Source of the DNA: Candidatus Sulfuricurvum sp. RIFRC-1
GTDB taxonomy: Bacteria; Campylobacterota; Campylobacteria; Campylobacterales; Sulfurimonadaceae
Reading direction: 5' to 3'
DNA: 64,000 nt
Assembly (NCBI RefSeq): GCF_000310245.1
Contig: NC_020505.1
Coordinates: 1,016,399 to 1,080,398 of the forward strand
Shown piece after piece: positions 61,780 to 64,000 of this stretch (the first letter of the stretch is position 1; the number at the start of each line of letters is the position of its first letter). The translations under genes were made by a program, and so were the position numbers. Under the pieces are notes generated by a model, which was not told the origin of the DNA, did no database searches, and saw only the letters and a program-made list of their open reading frames with translations.

Positions 61780-64000
61780 ATGTTTGAATCTACTACCATA
61801 ACCGTCGATGGAAATGAAGCCGTTGCTCTGGTCGCCCATAAAATCAATGAAGTAATTGCTATCTATCCCATAACACCATCCTCCCCGATGGGAGAGTTTA
61901 GTGACCTCTACAGTGCAAAAAAAGAGAAAAATATTTTTGGCACCATCCCAACAGTGTACGAGATGCAAAGCGAAGGTGGAGCAAGCGGCGCGGTTCACGG
62001 CGCATTGCAAAGTGGTGCGCTGACGACGACGTTCACCGCTTCACAGGGATTATTGCTCATGATCCCCAATATGTACAAGATCGCAGGAGAGCTAACCTCA
62101 ACAGTATTTCATGTCGCTTCTCGCTCTCTTGCAGCACAGGGGCTCTCAATTTTTGGTGATCACCAAGATGTTATGGGGGTTCGACAGAGCGGTTTTGCTC
62201 TGTTCGCATCTAATTCGGTCCAAGAAGCGCATGATTTTGCCCTTATTTCTCAAGCGGCATCGCTGCGCTCACGTATACCGTTTATCCATTTTTTTGACGG
62301 ATTTCGTACCTCGCATGAGGTGAGCCGAATTCAGAAATTGAGCAACGACGTTTTAAAAGCGATGATCGATCAGGATTTAGTTGCTGCACACCGACGCCGT
62401 GCCCTCAGCCCCGATCACCCCGTTTTGCGAGGTACTGCACAAAATCCCGATGTCTATTTTCAAGGGCGTGAGAGTGTCAACCGATATTATCAAGCCTTGC
62501 CCAAAATAGTGCAAAGCGAGATGGATCGCTTTGCCGCACTTACGGGGCGAGCCTATAATTTATTCGATTATGTCGGGTCAGTGGATGCAGAGAGGATCAT
62601 TGTCCTAATGGGTTCGGGTGCCGAAGCGGTGGAAGAGAGTGTAAATTATCTTGTAACACAAGGACAAAAGGTCGGAATGATCAAAGTGCGTTTAGCCTTG
62701 CCCTTTGCATCTGAAGCATTTATCGCAGCCTTTCCTCCGAGTGTCCATTCCATTGCGGTGCTGGATCGTACCAAAGAGCCGGGAAGTTTGGGTGAACCTC
62801 TTTATCATGATGTTCTAACAGCCTTGTTTGAAAACCAAGAATCGCTTCCGTTTAAGATACCTCGCATTATCGGAGGGCGATACGGTCTTTCGTCCAAAGA
62901 GTTCACCCCAGCTATGATATTTTCGATTTACAAGGAACTCTCAAAATCATCCCCGAAAAATCACTTTACGATAGGGATCGACGATGATGTCACGTTCACC
63001 TCTTTGGAGTATGACCATAATTTTATCCTCGAGAATTCCGATCAGTTTCAGGCGGTATTTTATGGACTTGGATCGGATGGGACAGTCGGAGCGAACAAAA
63101 ATACGATCAAAATAATCGGCACCGAGACAGACCATTATGCACAAGGGTATTTTGTTTACGATTCGAAAAAATCGGGTTCAATGACGACGTCCCATTTACG
63201 ATTCGGTACGCAACCGATCCGATCAACCTATTTGATCCAAAAAGCTGATTTTGTCGGGGTCCATCAGGCAGTATTTCTCGAAAAACTGGATCTTCTGGAT
63301 ATTGCCAAAGAGGGTGCGGTCTTTTTGCTCAACACCCCGTATCCGAAAGAGGAGGTGTGGAATCGTCTGCCGCGTGTAACGCAAGAGAGGATCATCGAAA
63401 AAAAACTCAAATTCTATGCCATCGATGCGTACAAGGTGGCTCAATCTTCCAATATGGGACGGCGGATCAACACCGTGATGCAAACCTGTTTTTTTGCCAT
63501 CAGCGGGATTCTTTCCAAAGAAGAATCAATAGCAAAAATCAAAGGATCGATCCAAAAAACCTACGGCACCAAAGGGGATGTGATTGTACAGATGAACTAC
63601 GCCGCCGTCGATGCAACACTGGAAAATCTCTATGAAATCAATGTTCCATTATCTGTCAACTCTCAGCGTGAATTGCAACACACGCTAAAAGGAGAGATGA
63701 GCCCCTTTATCGAAGAGGTGATCGGTAAAATTTCTGCGTTTAAAGGAGATGAGATACGGGTATCGCAAATGCCTGATGATGGTACGTGGCCGACGGGAAC
63801 GACGCAGTATGAGAAACGAAATATCGCCCAGGAGGTTCCACAGTGGGATGCTGAAACCTGTATCCAGTGTAACAAATGTGTTTTCGCCTGTCCCCATTCA
63901 GTCATACGTTCTACTGTTTTTGACATCTCCTACTTGCACGAAGCACCTGAAGGATTTGTGGCAAAAGCGGCAAAGGGAAAAAGTTTTGGTGAGAATGAGA
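61780..64000 (+). CDS. nifJ: Pyruvate:ferredoxin (flavodoxin) oxidoreductase, NifJ-type single polypeptide (3' truncated by window edge)
   Basis: The frame is open from the ATG at 61780 to the window end. The N-terminus (MFESTTITVDGNEAVALVAHKINEVIAIYPITPSSPMGE) and the ferredoxin motif (CIQCNKCVFACPH, near 63860) are present. It is absent from the ORF track because no stop falls in the window. Confidence 0.9.
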   Translation, partial: MFESTTITVDGNEAVALVAHKINEVIAIYPITPSSPMGEFSDLYSAKKEKNIFGTIPTVYEMQSEGGASGAVHGALQSGALTTTFTASQGLLLMIPNMYKIAGELTSTVFHVASRSLAAQGLSIFGDHQDVMGVRQSGFALFASNSVQEAHDFALISQAASLRSRIPFIHFFDGFRTSHEVSRIQKLSNDVLKAMIDQDLVAAHRRRALSPDHPVLRGTAQNPDVYFQGRESVNRYYQALPKIVQSEMDRFAALTGRAYNLFDYVGSVDAERIIVLMGSGAEAVEESVNYLVTQGQKVGMIKVRLALPFASEAFIAAFPPSVHSIAVLDRTKEPGSLGEPLYHDVLTALFENQESLPFKIPRIIGGRYGLSSKEFTPAMIFSIYKELSKSSPKNHFTIGIDDDVTFTSLEYDHNFILENSDQFQAVFYGLGSDGTVGANKNTIKIIGTETDHYAQGYFVYDSKKSGSMTTSHLRFGTQPIRSTYLIQKADFVGVHQAVFLEKLDLLDIAKEGAVFLLNTPYPKEEVWNRLPRVTQERIIEKKLKFYAIDAYKVAQSSNMGRRINTVMQTCFFAISGILSKEESIAKIKGSIQKTYGTKGDVIVQMNYAAVDATLENLYEINVPLSVNSQRELQHTLKGEMSPFIEEVIGKISAFKGDEIRVSQMPDDGTWPTGTTQYEKRNIAQEVPQWDAETCIQCNKCVFACPHSVIRSTVFDISYLHEAPEGFVAKAAKGKSFGENE

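Noticed and set aside
61765-62010. 81-aa minus-strand ORF at the start of nifJ.
   Set aside because: It is antisense to the clearly coding PFOR N-terminus.

Overview
The window reads as ordinary chromosomal DNA from a member of the Campylobacterota. The 16S is of the epsilonproteobacterial type, the rRNA operon is 16S, tRNA-Ile(GAU), tRNA-Ala(UGC), 23S, 5S, and there are many Campylobacterales-style signalling genes. I cannot name a genus without a database search. Gene density is high and I saw no CRISPR array, transposase, integrase or prophage signature.

Content from left to right:
- 1-14.7 kb is a cofactor and aldehyde-oxidation neighbourhood. It holds pqqB(3' end)CDE with a translationally coupled M17 aminopeptidase. 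It also holds a cytoplasmic FIST-domain histidine kinase with an OmpR-type regulator, a cytoplasmic FIST-domain chemoreceptor, and NAD-aldehyde dehydrogenase with DUF779. The last unit is a Tat-exported two-subunit molybdenum hydroxylase with XdhC and MocA maturation genes.
- 14.9-31.5 kb is housekeeping: rhlE, tex, a radical SAM enzyme, a P-type ATPase, pcm, a DksA-like gene, ilvIH, lpxD and aspC.
- 31.5-36 kb is a TonB-dependent receptor, YfiR-like protein and HAMP-GGDEF-EAL operon.
- 36.2 kb is an NYN-domain orphan gene.
- 37-42.7 kb is the rRNA operon.
- 43.5-58.7 kb is a 14-kb, eight-gene, tightly overlapping alpha-glucan (glycogen) operon with divergent glk.
- The window ends with a PAS-GGDEF gene, an atypical pyruvate kinase and the 5' part of nifJ-type pyruvate:ferredoxin oxidoreductase.

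The most interesting points:
- The glycogen operon is non-canonical. It has no GlgC, GlgX or MalQ in the window. Instead it has an NDP-sugar pyrophosphorylase fused to a catalytically degenerate PGM-like domain, two GH57 enzymes, a GalT-like HIT enzyme and two GlgA paralogues. Its short GT35 phosphorylase has Thr in place of the PLP-binding Lys.
- An 11-bp-phased AAATAGC direct-repeat motif is shared by the promoter regions of the aldehyde dehydrogenase/FIST-chemoreceptor pair and of the Mo-hydroxylase operon. This suggests a regulon for the adjacent OmpR-type regulator.

All calls rest on reading the supplied translations and sequence by eye. No searches or computations were run.
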